A stretch of DNA of 64,000 nucleotides from the NCBI GenBank assembly GCA_012800525.1, contig JAAZJD010000004.1, forward strand, positions 10,728-74,727, read 5' to 3'. Origin of the DNA: Clostridiales bacterium (GTDB lineage Bacteria > Bacillota > Clostridia > Christensenellales > DTU072). Of the stretch, positions 39,701-47,680 are shown in pieces (within the stretch, counting starts at the first letter, position 1; each line of letters begins with the position of its first letter). A program made the translations under genes and the position numbers. The notes below the pieces were generated by a model. The model searched no databases, was not told where the DNA came from, and was given only the letters and a program-made list of their open reading frames with translations.

Positions 39701-39817
39701 TGTTTTATCAGCAAGCTTTTCACTAGAAAAAGGAATAAAATATGACCTTGGCGCAAGCTTATTTTGTTCAAAAATCTTAAATGTGCAATAGTTATCACGT
39801 ATTATATTATAAAACAT
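36719..39817 (-). CDS. lacZ: beta-galactosidase (GH2, LacZ-type), no signal peptide
   Basis: 1032 aa. The acid/base motif is WSLGNEAGG and the nucleophile motif is FLCEYVHAMGVGPG. The C-terminal domain is typical of LacZ. RBS GAGGAG lies 7 nt upstream of the ATG. Confidence 0.93.
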   Translation of the reverse strand: MFYNIIRDNYCTFKIFEQNKLAPRSYFIPFSSEKLADKTNILDRRYKSDKVRCLNGTWDFKYYKSVKELPTNFDTENIDFDQIPVPSCWQFLGYEPPFYTNVNYQFKPNPPHIPTTKLVGTYGDDINGTEYACGKEQYNSVGVYRTFIDVESLDKKFIISFLGVASNLELYINGKYVGYSEGAHNTAEFLLDKYLVQGKNELVAVVYKWCNGSYLEDQDMFRNNGIFRDVLLYESDLTYIHDFDFFTNKTANGLYDVILSVDIENYDGAKVEAKLISPEGKVVVSKTADASAYTKIMFDKLDVIEWNAEIPTLYVLKLILKRNNKVIECIRKEVGFKTVTIDGRVLLFNGKPVKIKGVNHHDTHPQRGYVLTAKEIYLDMKICKDYNMNAVRTSHYPPDPLLLEIADQLGLYVIDEADIETHGLMPRGKISNNLKWKHHYWDRVKRLYMRDRNSPCIIMWSLGNEAGGIKCQDYCYDELKKLTLIPIYYERAIAYKRGGYDVVGGMYLDPITIVKLAENKLVGHYEAKKHKYKDKPYFLCEYVHAMGVGPGSIKEYMEAFYKYDALVGGCVWEMIDHAIYHEDKKYKYTYGGDHGEYTHDGNFCVDGMFFPDRTPHTAALAIKNAYRPLLAEFIKPGIVKFTNVNRFRNTSYLTIKGVMLIEGEPAFEVEFPSDIEPMSSKEYNINIDIHSGDIVLHLDYFDKDKIVATEELRINEALSQIQLSHGKDLTVTEKDTFILINFDNGELIFNKTLGCISSYVVGDIKYLAEKPLKQNSKGNFYTNIFRAPTDNDRNIRRVWDKLGYNETSFVVKKYSVTNSKKEALIKVEKNILNPKGKTLFKVVEVTSIESNGVVTLSTELTKVDTRNNITLPRFGRVVELKEEFNEIYYYGCGPYENYSDFKGQSRLGLYRQKVEDFMFPYIKPQESGNRTDVRYASVKNDKGQGLMFLALDKPFNLGAKKISDEALAKITHREDLVFDNINYISIDGKMSGIGSNSCGPRALKPYLLRDKKYEFAFKIIPFTAIDEDRIVY

Positions 39818-39844
39818 AAACCACTCCTCAATGAATATAGTTTA

Positions 39845-39873
39845 ATTATACACGAAATAAACTCAATAGTTAA
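39845..39873 (-). promoter_or_regulatory. candidate sigma-A promoter of lacZ
   Basis: Minus strand reads TTAACT-17 nt-TATAAT (plus-strand AGTTAA at 39868-39873 and ATTATA at 39845-39850). The -10 lies 27 nt upstream of the lacZ ATG. Confidence 0.4.
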
Positions 39874-39888
39874 CATAAAATTTTATAT

Positions 39889-39915
39889 AAAAAAAGAGAC
39901 CGCCTTCACTGTCCC
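39889..39915 (-). terminator. weak candidate terminator ~270 nt downstream of the 522-aa gene
   Basis: Minus strand reads GGGAC-AGTGAAGGCG-GTCTC followed by TTTTTTT (5-bp stem including one G-U). Confidence 0.3.
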
Positions 39916-40191
39916 TTCCCATTACCAAAAACTCATCTATCAAACCCTTGTATTTATTACCTATATTTCACCCTATTCCCCACAAACTCCCATCAATAAC
40001 ACCAATTTTCTTCTATTGCTTCTCTTATGCTTTTAACAAAAACCTTGCTGCAACACCAATCTTGCACCCTATTATATTCTCACTAATCCCCTACCTGAAA
40101 ATGCTAGTTCTACTCTCCGCAACCATTCTATTAACATAACAAGACTTTACTATAACACAAGCCTTATGCCCTCCACTTATTCCAACATTTT

Positions 40192-41760
40192 CTATCCGAC
40201 AACACCAATTTGTTGTTTATTCCAAGTTTCCTTAGATTTTCCTGCTTCACTCTTTCTTGTTATATCAGCAAGTGGTGTATTTGAAAAATTCCTACATGCT
40301 ATACCATATCTTTCTGCAACAGTTTGTGATTTACTTGCCCCAATTATTGAACCAAGTCTCAAGTGACCATCACTACTTACCTTGATTGAATTTTTAATAG
40401 TTATTTGAGTAATTAAAATACCCTTTTCAGTGTCTGGGGCAAATACTTTGTTTTCAACTTCACCTACAATATTGCCAGCATTAACTTCAGAATTAACACA
40501 ATCAATATCTATTTTTCCATTAAAAATTACATCGTGTAATTGATAGTCAACCATCTTGCCAACAATACCCCCTATACAAAACTTTATACTATCATTTTTA
40601 ACGTTTACTAAAATATTTGAAGATGACTCGAAAAACCATCCCATATCTAAAGGTTGAGCATGCACATATGTATCAACTCTTCCTTTCAAAAATCCTACAA
40701 TTCCACCAAGATAAACAGAATTGGTGCCTTCATTTGAATATGAATATTCTACCTTTCCAAAACTTTTAGATTCTTCTATAAAGGCATTTCTAGCATTACC
40801 AATGAGACCCCCTATATGTAAAGCTTGACCTGAAGCACTAACTTTTATATTTACATCACTTTCGCAACCTTTAATTTCAATATCATTAAGCACTGCATTT
40901 TCTGAATAACCTGCAATTCCGCCAACATTTATGACTCTAGAACTGTCTATAACAGAGCTTGAATATATAATTTCACCTTTAACTTTTACACCCACTAAAT
41001 CTACAGCATTCATGCCATTAGCCAAAAGACCAATGGACTTATTTCCTGTGCTTGCATCTTTTTTATCATACTTAAAATCCACTAAATTTATGCCCCTTAA
41101 TGTTGCACCACTAGGATTTAAAAACAATCCACCGTTTGCACTGACATCTAAACCAATAAGCTTATTATGGTTACCATAATATGTGCCTTTGAATGCCTTA
41201 ATTAAAAGTTCCTTCCCTTCCAAGTTAATATCTTTTGTTTGAAGATATGTACCATTTGCACCTTCTGGAATTGCTACAAGGCTAGAATATGAATCAACTT
41301 CAATAACATCTTTTCTCAATATTTGAATATACACTCTGACATATACATCATCATTTTTCTTAAATATTATTTCGCCAAGCCCATAACTTCCTTCACTTTC
41401 TTCTGGCAATTTATTAATAACTGTAACTACATTTTTTTCAAGTTTAATATTATTTTTTATAACCTTAATATCCACATCAAAAGCATCTGGATCATTTCCT
41501 TCAAAAATATCCATAGGAATAGTGAAAGTATCATCACTTTCTTTCATTGCAAAACAATAGTTATTGTTTTTACTTTCCATTTTAATTACATCTACAGGGG
41601 GCTTTTTCTTTAGACCAAAAACCAGTCCCAAAACAACAGCAACAATAGCAACTAAGACAACAGCAACAATAATTGCAATCTTCTTTACCTTTGCCTTTTT
41701 CTCCGCCTCACTCGGCACATCATCAAATCTACTATATGGATCTCTACTCTTATTTTGCAT
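40192..41760 (-). CDS. N-terminally membrane-anchored GLUG-motif surface protein
   Basis: 522 aa. A single TM (IAIIVAVVLVAIVAVVLGLVFGL) follows a short charged N-terminus. Repeated GLUG-type motifs are present (VGGIAGYSENAVLNDIEIKGC, IGGLIGNARNAFIEESKSFGKV, LGGIVGFLKG, IGGIVGKMVDYQLHDVIFNG). Confidence 0.75.
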   Translation of the reverse strand: MQNKSRDPYSRFDDVPSEAEKKAKVKKIAIIVAVVLVAIVAVVLGLVFGLKKKPPVDVIKMESKNNNYCFAMKESDDTFTIPMDIFEGNDPDAFDVDIKVIKNNIKLEKNVVTVINKLPEESEGSYGLGEIIFKKNDDVYVRVYIQILRKDVIEVDSYSSLVAIPEGANGTYLQTKDINLEGKELLIKAFKGTYYGNHNKLIGLDVSANGGLFLNPSGATLRGINLVDFKYDKKDASTGNKSIGLLANGMNAVDLVGVKVKGEIIYSSSVIDSSRVINVGGIAGYSENAVLNDIEIKGCESDVNIKVSASGQALHIGGLIGNARNAFIEESKSFGKVEYSYSNEGTNSVYLGGIVGFLKGRVDTYVHAQPLDMGWFFESSSNILVNVKNDSIKFCIGGIVGKMVDYQLHDVIFNGKIDIDCVNSEVNAGNIVGEVENKVFAPDTEKGILITQITIKNSIKVSSDGHLRLGSIIGASKSQTVAERYGIACRNFSNTPLADITRKSEAGKSKETWNKQQIGVVG

Positions 41761-41817
41761 ATATAAAATTATATATTAAACATTTCCTTTACGCAATCTC
41801 ACACATATTGTGTTCAA

Positions 41818-44487
41818 TCATACATTGTTACCTTCAACAAACCTTTCTTTTAAATTATTAAAGCTGGAACTTGAAGATATTTGGTCGTGTGGAATAAATA
41901 AATACTTAAATTCCTTATATCCAAGTGCTTTATTATATTCTGATGCAATTTTACAATATTGAATAGCTCTATCTTTTTTAGATAAAACATCTACATCTTC
42001 TAATCTTCTCTTATCTTTGACTTCAACTAAATAATACATATCGCTTGTTTCTACAACAAAGTCAGGCTCATATTTTTTACCTCTGTTATATGTTATGTTA
42101 AACTGCTTAGGCGAAGGCCTTAACCATTGAACTACTTCTGGAGAATTTTCACATGCTATTGCAAACAATCTCTCAGGATTACTATCAAACTTAAACAAGT
42201 TGGTAACAGATTTTGTCGCTCCTTCGTACGCTATTGAAGAAATATTTCCATTTGGTTCTTCATTTATGTTTTTTACATCATTAGAATAATCAATAGCATA
42301 ATCTTTAATTGCAGTTTCAATTCCAAAAGCCTCTTCAATAAGACCTTCATACTTTACCGCTAAATTAGCAAGTAATTGCTCTTTAAATTTATTCACAATA
42401 TCCAGCCTATACATTACACAAATATTTCTAACTTGCTCCTCTAGATATTTAGCTCTATAGTGATTCAAAAACTGCATAACTATTTTTTGAATCAATGCTG
42501 GACATTTTTCATAATCAATTTCGCTAATTTTTCTAATTTCATCTACTAAATATTTTTCAGGACTAATGGTATTAAAATCAATAACTTTTCCCTTTTGAAC
42601 TATAGTTTCATCTAAAGAATCAAGCATGTTTTTTAATAAAATCTCATTCTCTATTGGCACGTAAATCATCTTCGATAAATCTAAATCAAAATCATTAATT
42701 ATGTAAGTTTCCGTTCCTAAAGACTCAGTTCTAAGTTTTGGTAAATACATTTCCGTTGTTTGTATTTTTTTTACGACATCCGGATTTATACCAAACATAG
42801 CTTCAACTATCCGCTGCAAATCTATATTCTCAGTAAATCGCTCACCAATATCTTTTTTTGTTTCTTTTTTTACTTTTTCAGCATCGACAACTTGATGTGG
42901 ATTCTTTTTTATTTCACGTGCCGTTATATTGGCAATGGTATTTAAAACTTCTCTATACTCTTCTTTATTTTTTTCATCATTAAAATCAAGACCTGCTTTT
43001 GTTAAAACTTCTTGCCTTTCTACATTACTATCTAAAAAGAAACTTTGGACTATGGCAACCTTTTTGTGCTCCATATAATCTGCATAAATAACCCCTTCAG
43101 CATTAAAGATAGAATCGCCTCTTTGAGCTTCAGCAATTATTTCATCAAATTTATCATGAGCTGTAATCGTCACAGAATCAATTAGTTTATCGCCTGTTCT
43201 TTTCCCAAACGGCAACCTTAATCCCCTGCCCACTGTTTGCTCTCTTAAGGTTTTGCTTGTAGCAGTCCTTAAAGGTACTATGGTGTATAAATTATTTACA
43301 TCCCAACCTTCTTTTAAAATATTTACATGTATTACAATTTCAATAGGATTATTTGGTTTTTCAACCTCCAAAAGAAGCTGTATGTTTTCTTCTTTTTCTG
43401 TCCTTCCTTGGCTACTGTGAATCATGATAACTTTATCTTTATATAATCCACTTCTAAAAGCATCAGACTGCACATAATTTAAGACTTCTTCAGCATGCTT
43501 AGTATTTTTACAAACAATGAGCATGAATGGTTTTACCAATTTGGTATTATTATTTATAGAATATTTTTTTAAATCTGCTTTCATGTTTTCATGATGACCA
43601 ATTCCATCGTTAATCATTGTCCTATCTAACTCTTCTTCATTAAAAGTATAAGACTTGATGTCTCTTCTAGTTAAAGCAAAAGGAGTTCTTGTATATCCAT
43701 CTTTTATGGCTTTATTTAGAGGATATTCATATACAACATTTTTAAAAAGAATCGTCTTATTGCCCCTTTCAACTTGTGGAGTGGCAGTAAGTTCAAGTCC
43801 TAAAACAGGATTAAGAGCATTTATTGCTGCTGCACTCTTTGAAGCTCTATAGTGGTGTGATTCATCCATAATTAAAACTAAATCATCTAAATCTTTCAAA
43901 TAATCAAAAAAACTTTGACCGATATACTCGTTAATATTCATCATATTTCTTTCTTCTGAGTTAAATTTTGAAATATTAAAAATATAAATATTAATAGAAT
44001 CACTATCATAAAAAGCTCTTATTGGTCTATTCCTGTAATCATCATCCATCCAAACATTTGGTCTTTGAGACGAAAAACAATTTATTCCCCTAAATACATA
44101 CTTTTCATTTTCTGTTGAAGGATTGCCTAAATCATTTTTTAACTTATCATAAATGGTTAAATTAGGTGCAACAATGAAAAAGTTTTTTATACTTTTTTGA
44201 GTATACAAATATGTCATAAATGCACCCATCAACCTTGTTTTTCCCACACCTGTAGCAAGAGCAAAAGTTAAAGACAAGAATGAATGTTCTAGTTCTTTAA
44301 AAATAGGATAAATGTCTCGTATGTTGCTTTCTGCAACTCGTAAATCTATATTTTTAGACAACTTTATGTCATCTAAAATTGAATCCAATATTTTCAAACT
44401 TTGATATTGCGGCTTTCTCAACGACATAACATTAGAAATGTAATCGATTGAATATTCTGGATATAAAACTTTATTGATACTATTCAT
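41818..44487 (-). CDS. res: Type III restriction endonuclease, Res subunit (SF2 helicase plus PD-(D/E)xK nuclease)
   Basis: 889 aa. Walker A is LATGVGKT, motif II is LIMDESHH, and the helicase C-terminal motif is QTVGRGLRL. The C-terminal nuclease-like motif is KYEPDFVV...YLVEVKDK. The gene follows mod after a 20-nt gap. Confidence 0.88.
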   Translation of the reverse strand: MNSINKVLYPEYSIDYISNVMSLRKPQYQSLKILDSILDDIKLSKNIDLRVAESNIRDIYPIFKELEHSFLSLTFALATGVGKTRLMGAFMTYLYTQKSIKNFFIVAPNLTIYDKLKNDLGNPSTENEKYVFRGINCFSSQRPNVWMDDDYRNRPIRAFYDSDSINIYIFNISKFNSEERNMMNINEYIGQSFFDYLKDLDDLVLIMDESHHYRASKSAAAINALNPVLGLELTATPQVERGNKTILFKNVVYEYPLNKAIKDGYTRTPFALTRRDIKSYTFNEEELDRTMINDGIGHHENMKADLKKYSINNNTKLVKPFMLIVCKNTKHAEEVLNYVQSDAFRSGLYKDKVIMIHSSQGRTEKEENIQLLLEVEKPNNPIEIVIHVNILKEGWDVNNLYTIVPLRTATSKTLREQTVGRGLRLPFGKRTGDKLIDSVTITAHDKFDEIIAEAQRGDSIFNAEGVIYADYMEHKKVAIVQSFFLDSNVERQEVLTKAGLDFNDEKNKEEYREVLNTIANITAREIKKNPHQVVDAEKVKKETKKDIGERFTENIDLQRIVEAMFGINPDVVKKIQTTEMYLPKLRTESLGTETYIINDFDLDLSKMIYVPIENEILLKNMLDSLDETIVQKGKVIDFNTISPEKYLVDEIRKISEIDYEKCPALIQKIVMQFLNHYRAKYLEEQVRNICVMYRLDIVNKFKEQLLANLAVKYEGLIEEAFGIETAIKDYAIDYSNDVKNINEEPNGNISSIAYEGATKSVTNLFKFDSNPERLFAIACENSPEVVQWLRPSPKQFNITYNRGKKYEPDFVVETSDMYYLVEVKDKRRLEDVDVLSKKDRAIQYCKIASEYNKALGYKEFKYLFIPHDQISSSSSFNNLKERFVEGNNV

Positions 44488-44507
44488 TTTTATACTCTAT
44501 TTTGTAT

Positions 44508-46205
44508 TTATTCTTCATATTCAGGAGGAGAAATTATATTCAAACTATAATCATCTTTTCCAAATTCACAATTCTTTAAAAGCGATTGTGGTATTTTCTT
44601 AATTGAAATTCTCTTACTAAAGTTACTGCAATTCGCATCGTACGATTTGCAGACAATTAAACAAAACTCATCGTCTTGCATATCAGACAAAATTGTTTCT
44701 AGCAACCTATGTGTTACATGATTTGTTGTAACATATAGATAAGAACTTACTCCATTCTTTGCCTGTTTCCAAAAAACATCTTTGTCAGGATTATAAAAAT
44801 ATCCCTCATGTTTTGATATCCCTGCTACCAGCATTTCTGCATTATAGTCAGGATTAATTATTGCTTGGCCAAAAGCATCTTCTTTAATTAAAGTTGGTGC
44901 AAGTTCGTAAAACCTATATCCGCCACCACCATTCCAGTTAACAGCTTTTGAAATTCCACCTTGATCACTTCCATCAATAACTTTGTCAAGTCTAAATTTA
45001 GCATGAGTGTATGCATGATCACCCATTTCAATACCAATCCACCTTCTACCCATCTTATGAGCAACAGCTGCCGTTGTTCCTGAACCTAAAAATGAATCCA
45101 GAACTAAATCACCTTTTTTGGTATTCATTTTAATTATTCTTTTAATTAACTTTTCTGGCTTTTTTCCATTCGGAAAATCTACAACACCCTCATTGTCTAA
45201 CCCTGTCGTTTTAATATCCGTCCAAAGATCCCCAGGATTAACCGTTAAATATTGATCTGAAAAAAGCAATTTGCAACGAGGAAGCTTTGTCATATGATTG
45301 AATTCTGCTTTGATTGCATATCTTTTCCCTGTTTTGGTTTCTATAGTAAATGCCCCAAACAAAAACCCTGATAATTTTTTATGTTCAGCTAAATCTCTTG
45401 CCCCTCCTGTTAATGTAGCAAACTGAACAATTTTCCCAGCATTGTCATAGCACCATTCCTCAGTGGGCTTTTCATGTCCTTGCATTTTTGCAATTTCCAT
45501 TATGCTTTTAAATTCAACCTTTTTAAGGATTTCGTCAGCTTCTTCTTCAGTAAGATTATTTTCGCCCTGAAGATATTTTTTTATTTCCCCCAATTCCATA
45601 TCTGTAATGTTACACACATATGTCCTATACTCATTATCCCATTTTTCTTTTGGAATTTTTTCAAGCTCTAAGTTATTTATGCCATTTTTTTTTGCCAGTA
45701 TAATAAATTCTTTTAATTTTGGAATGCTCCCAGCCTTATTAACTGAAGCCATTTTTACTCCAGTCGGTTCACTCATTTTTACACAAATAATCTTCATGTT
45801 TTTTTGCGAACAAATTTCTTCCATTAACAAAAACAATCTTGCAAACTGCTCATCGTCAATTTGTACAGCCAACAATCCATCCGTAGTCAATAAGCTCCAT
45901 AACAATTCAATTCTCGGTTTCATTAAATTTAACCATTGGCTATTTTCTAAACTATCATCATAATATGGTGTCGCTGCAGAGATATTATATGGTGGATCAA
46001 TATAGATACATTTTATTTGTCCAGAAAAATCTTGCTCCAAAGCCTTTAAAGCTAGCAAGTTATCTCCATGAATAAGCATATTTTTAGTGTTCCTATCTTC
46101 ACTAGTGTTACTAAAAGCTTTATCCTCAATCAAAATTCTAGGTTCGACATTAATCTCTTTTTCTTTTCCAACCCAAGTTAACTCTAACTTTGTATTTTTT
46201 TGCAT
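44508..46205 (-). CDS. mod: Type III DNA methyltransferase, Mod subunit (beta-class, DPPY)
   Basis: 565 aa. The N-terminal LELTWVGKEKEINVEPRILIED is typical of COG2189 Mod proteins. Motif IV (IYIDPPYN) precedes motif I (VLDSFLGSGTTAAVAHKMGRRWIGIE), with a variable middle region (TRD). RBS AGGGAGA is present. Confidence 0.9.
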   Translation of the reverse strand: MQKNTKLELTWVGKEKEINVEPRILIEDKAFSNTSEDRNTKNMLIHGDNLLALKALEQDFSGQIKCIYIDPPYNISAATPYYDDSLENSQWLNLMKPRIELLWSLLTTDGLLAVQIDDEQFARLFLLMEEICSQKNMKIICVKMSEPTGVKMASVNKAGSIPKLKEFIILAKKNGINNLELEKIPKEKWDNEYRTYVCNITDMELGEIKKYLQGENNLTEEEADEILKKVEFKSIMEIAKMQGHEKPTEEWCYDNAGKIVQFATLTGGARDLAEHKKLSGFLFGAFTIETKTGKRYAIKAEFNHMTKLPRCKLLFSDQYLTVNPGDLWTDIKTTGLDNEGVVDFPNGKKPEKLIKRIIKMNTKKGDLVLDSFLGSGTTAAVAHKMGRRWIGIEMGDHAYTHAKFRLDKVIDGSDQGGISKAVNWNGGGGYRFYELAPTLIKEDAFGQAIINPDYNAEMLVAGISKHEGYFYNPDKDVFWKQAKNGVSSYLYVTTNHVTHRLLETILSDMQDDEFCLIVCKSYDANCSNFSKRISIKKIPQSLLKNCEFGKDDYSLNIISPPEYEE

Positions 46206-46509
46206 ACTTGTGTCTCCCTATACGAATAACTCAATGGTATTATATCATTTCAAATATCGATTTAACAACAGGCAATACCTTTTAGATATTAGGACTATCT
46301 CTAAAATAATCACTCAACTATGCCTTCTTTTCTTGTTTTCATTTTTGTAGCAGCATCTTGTATTTGAAGTAGAAGAGATAAAAACAACAAACACTCAAAA
46401 ATCATGTAATTTTGAATATTTTTAATATTTAAACGTAGACTTAACTTACAAAGAAACATTTTCAAACAATATATTCCAAAAGAAAAATAATTTGCATTTA
46501 ACATAAATT

Positions 46510-46601
46510 TGGCGGAGAGGGTGGGATTTGAACCCACGAGGCTATTACTAGCCTATACGATTTCGAGTCGCACGCATTCGACCGAGCTCTGCCACCTCTC
46601 C
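46510..46601 (-). tRNA. tRNA-Ser (anticodon CGA)
   Basis: The reverse complement is GGAGAGGTGGCAGAGCTCGGTCGAATGCGTGCGACTCGAAATCGTATAGGCTAGTAATAGCCTCGTGGGTTCAAATCCCACCCTCTCCGCCA. Class II tRNA with a long variable arm (GGCTAGTAATAGCC), anticodon loop CT-CGA-AA, T-loop GGGTTCAAATCCC and an encoded CCA. Confidence 0.9.
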
Positions 46602-46853
46602 AAAAGATATTCAAATTATATCATAGCATGTAGGTTGTTGCACATATTTTGTCTGATATTTTAAGGGATTGTAAATGGTAAAGGAAATTAAAGGTTTAAT
46701 GTTTTGAGGGATGGATTTGTTTTTTGAAAACTTTGTAGGGTTGGATTTTTGGAAAAGCTGAAAAGGCGCAAACCTTGAGAAGTTGACAAAGGTTATATGT
46801 GGAGTGGAAATTAGCAAAATAATGAATGCTTTGGAGTTAAGGGTTGGTATTTC

Positions 46854-46883
46854 TTGAAATAAGGGTGAGAAATGCTGTATAAT
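46854..46883 (+). promoter_or_regulatory. candidate sigma-A promoter of the LOG-like gene
   Basis: TTGAAA (46854-46859), 18-nt spacer, TATAAT (46878-46883). RBS AGAGG lies 8 nt before the ATG at 46922. Confidence 0.45.
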
Positions 46884-46921
46884 GTGTGATATAACATATT
46901 AATTAATAAAGAGGTAACTAG

Positions 46922-47503
46922 ATGAGAAGAAGGATAATATCAATTGCTGGAAGTTCAAGAACTAAGAGAGATAGTTATGAATACCAATTAGCTTTTGAGG
47001 TTGGTAAAGCTATTATCGATAATGGATATAGACTTCAAACAGGCGGACTTGCTGGGATAATGGAAGCAGCAAGCAAAGGAGCTAGAAGTTCTGAAAAATA
47101 TAGAGAAGGCGATATTATTGGAATTTTACCAGGATTTGATGCTAATGTTTGTAACGAATATGTCGATATTGCTATCCCTACTGGAATAGATATTTATAGA
47201 AACATTATAGTTGCAAATGCATCAGCAGTTATTGCAATAAGTGGCGGTTCTGGTACATTGACAGAAATTGGAAATGCTTGGGCTTTAAAAAAATTAATTG
47301 TTGGAATGGAAGGTACTAAAGGCTGGAGTTCTAAGCTTGCTGGAAAAAGAGTAGATGATAGAGAAAGATATCCAAATATTCCCGAAGATCAAGTATATCC
47401 TGCAAAAACCGCAGAGGAAGCTTTAGCAATAATAAATAAGTATATTGATTTATATCAAGACGCACATGTGCCAATACATTTTGAATTAAAAAAAGGCAAA
47501 TAA
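46922..47503 (+). CDS. LOG/TIGR00725-type (SLOG superfamily, DprA-related Rossmann) protein
   Basis: 193 aa. Motifs TGGLAGIMEAASKGA and AISGGSGTLTEIGNAW match the GGGxxGxM and PGGxGTxxE-like motifs of LOG/'lysine decarboxylase-like' proteins. The short single-domain form resembles TIGR00725. Confidence 0.7.
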   Translation: MRRRIISIAGSSRTKRDSYEYQLAFEVGKAIIDNGYRLQTGGLAGIMEAASKGARSSEKYREGDIIGILPGFDANVCNEYVDIAIPTGIDIYRNIIVANASAVIAISGGSGTLTEIGNAWALKKLIVGMEGTKGWSSKLAGKRVDDRERYPNIPEDQVYPAKTAEEALAIINKYIDLYQDAHVPIHFELKKGK

Positions 47504-47680
47504 TGTGATAAAGATAAACAATTTAGTGTGCTAACAAGTTTATAAATAACATAGTGTGAAGTATTATAAAAGACAAACAATATTATTAAAATGTTAATAC
47601 ACCATTAAATGTTAAAAAAAAGGTAAATAATAAAATATAATGTTGAAGAAACAGACAAGCTAGTTTATAATTGAATATAT

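Noticed and set aside
39764-40366. Three overlapping plus-strand ORFs (90, 63 and 66 aa) in and around the lacZ / GLUG-522 intergenic region
   Set aside because: They stay open only because the plus strand here is nearly G-free, so ATG, TGA and TAG are rare. The peptides are proline/leucine/isoleucine-rich and low-complexity with no RBS. The 26184-26489 ORF is rejected for the same compositional reason.
46310-46537. 75-aa minus-strand ORF
   Set aside because: Its first codons are the 3' part of tRNA-Ser itself (MGSNPTLSA is a translation of the T-arm and acceptor). The remainder is low-complexity intergenic sequence.
41761-46601. The R-M system as part of a tRNA-Ser-integrated genomic island or prophage
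   Set aside because: There are no integrase or recombinase genes. I found no direct repeat of the tRNA-Ser 3' end (GGGATTTGAACCCAC...) at lower coordinates, and no phage or conjugation genes. Only the position next to the tRNA is suggestive.
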